Shown in pieces: positions 20,714-22,738 of a stretch of 22,738 bases of DNA. The translations under genes and the position numbers were made by a program. This DNA is from Octopus sinensis (taxonomy: Eukaryota). The notes below the pieces were generated by a model, which saw nothing but the letters and a program-made list of their open reading frames with translations, was not told the DNA's origin and did not search any database. The stretch's first letter is position 1. Each line of letters opens with the position of its first letter. The stretch is taken from assembly GCF_006345805.1 (NCBI RefSeq), contig NW_021836888.1:1-22738 (forward strand), given 5' to 3'.

Positions 20714-21083
20714 ACTCTTTACTCTTTTACTCTTTTACTTGTTTCAGTCATTTGACTGCGGCCATGCTGGAGCACCACCTTTTAGTACTTATTCTATCGG
20801 TCTCTTTTTGCCGAACCGCTAAGTGACGGGGACCTAAATACACCAGCATCGGTTGTCAAGCAATGCTAGGGGGACAAACACAGACACACAAACACACGCA
20901 TACATATATATATATACATATATACGACAGGCTTCTTTCAGTTTCCGTCTACCAAATCCACTCACAAGGCATTGGTCGGCCCGGGGCTATAGCAGAAGAC
21001 ACTTGCCCAAGATGCCACGCAGTGGGACTGAACCCGCAACCGTGTGGTTGGTTAGCAAGCTACTTACCACACAGCCACTCCTG
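20714..21083 (-). mobile_element. tRNA-derived SINE family C with target-site duplication
   Basis: Inverted homologue of 9835-10283, including CATCTTGGGCAAGTGTCTT and a (GAGTAAAA)n tail; TTTAACACTT at 20704-20713 and 21089-21098. Confidence 0.88.
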
Positions 21084-21919
21084 ATTAGTTTAACACTTTA
21101 ACACTTAAACACAGCATTAGTATTAACACATCCACGAAGACTTTGTTTTTGAATTCAGATTAATATAATGCTTGCTAATCCCCAAACACCTGCATGAATC
21201 TGAAAACTTTTTTTTGCTATAGACAGATCTGCCAAAATCCGATGCTATATGCCAAGATTAGAAGAGGTTTTAAGCGAAAGTTATCAATGTTCTTCATGAA
21301 CAAATTTTAAAGTAACCAGCGATTATCCACTGTGGTTGTAGAAGTTTAAAAAGAAGCGAAGTTATACACATTAAATGATAAAGTTATGGCTACAACTACA
21401 TGCTGTTACGATCTTTTAAAAAAATGATGAGACACGTACTAAATGGTAAAGTTTTGGTTATATTGTTTTCAAATGGCTGTAACACTTTGATCATAGATCT
21501 GCTTGATCAGAGCTGACCTGGTACTAACAGCAACAACCAACAGACATGCATATTCGATCATAAATCGATAGAGGCAAACGATAACTGTTAAGATTAGTTA
21601 TTCCATGATAACGTAAAGTAGCATATCGCTTTCATAAAATATTAATAATGCAACGCACGCACACACACACACACACACATAGGCCTGTACGCATGCTAAC
21701 TTATACATACAAAAGCATTCGACACAGTGACACACAAACGCTCACACGCATATCTATATGCACACATACAGATAAAGACATACTTATATGCTAGGGGACA
21801 TATAGCACATACACATGTATTTGGTATTCATAGACTCAAGCTGATAGTGCTTTATGTAAACGTAGGTGCATACATACATGGATTCATAGATCCTGAAGAA
21901 GAACATGCATATATTTACA

Positions 21920-21941
21920 TATATATATACTATGATATATA

Positions 21942-22021
<80 letters not shown>

Positions 22022-22046
22022 ATATATATATATAAATATATATGTA

Positions 22047-22080
<34 letters not shown>
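21920..22080. repeat. (TA)n microsatellite
   Basis: Directly visible. Confidence 0.97.
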
Positions 22081-22330
22081 CCTGACAGTTGGTACATTGA
22101 ATGGTCACAGCTATATGCGCAAGTATACTCAGTCACACACAAATACGTATATATTCATATATTCACACAAAAAAACCCCCAAAAAAAACAAGTCGAATCA
22201 CCTTCGCGTAGTAACGTACACATATACCCACAAATATTCTCGTATGCAAAATAAAAACGAACTCACTCACACGTTACACATTAGAGTTGTCACACATGCA
22301 CGCACTCACACGAGCAAGCTCATTAACTTA

Positions 22331-22334
22331 CACG

Positions 22335-22395
<61 letters not shown>

Positions 22396-22402
22396 AAACA
22401 CA
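22331..22402. repeat. (CA)n microsatellite
   Basis: Directly visible. Confidence 0.97.
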
Positions 22403-22495
22403 AATAATCATACACATGCACAAATATTTATTGGCATATATAATCGAACAGACTGTCGAACAACAGCAATCAGAATAATAACCACGATTTTGATC

Positions 22496-22669
22496 ATGAT
22501 GATGATGATGATGATATAATAATAAAAATAATAATAATAAAATTATTATTATTAGTATTATTATTATTAATTATTATTATTAATTATTATATTATTATTA
22601 TTAATTATTATTATTATAATTATTATAATCTTATACTGATGATAATGATTAATAATAATAATAATAATG

Positions 22670-22730
<61 letters not shown>

Positions 22731-22738
22731 AATAATAA
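22496..22738. repeat. (GAT)/(AAT)/(ATT) trinucleotide tract
   Basis: Directly visible. Confidence 0.95.

Noticed and set aside
21485-21545. Possible SINE 3' tail ending in (CAA)-like repeats
   Set aside because: No second copy in the window and too short to support.

Overview
AT-rich, repeat-saturated eukaryotic DNA with no intact host gene. The SINE families and the extreme microsatellite load suggest an octopus/cephalopod genome (inferred, not searched). Contents: (i) three head-to-tail 5'-truncated Tx1/L1-like LINE 3' ends, each inside (GATA)n; (ii) a ~2.3 kb 5'-truncated CR1-group LINE ORF2 broken by small indels; (iii) several R4/Dong-type restriction-like-endonuclease retrotransposon fragments associated with (AAT)n; (iv) a mariner transposase remnant split by a SINE; (v) three tRNA-derived SINE families; (vi) a tRNA-Asp(GTC) pseudogene; (vii) short (TA)n-associated repeats with hammerhead-ribozyme-like cores (Penelope-like); (viii) very long simple repeats, which produce most ORFs in the track as artefacts. 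The best leads are a probable (GATA)n-targeting retrotransposon, the variant hammerhead motifs, a perfect 28-bp hairpin and a candidate 12-nt microexon. None is proven from sequence alone.
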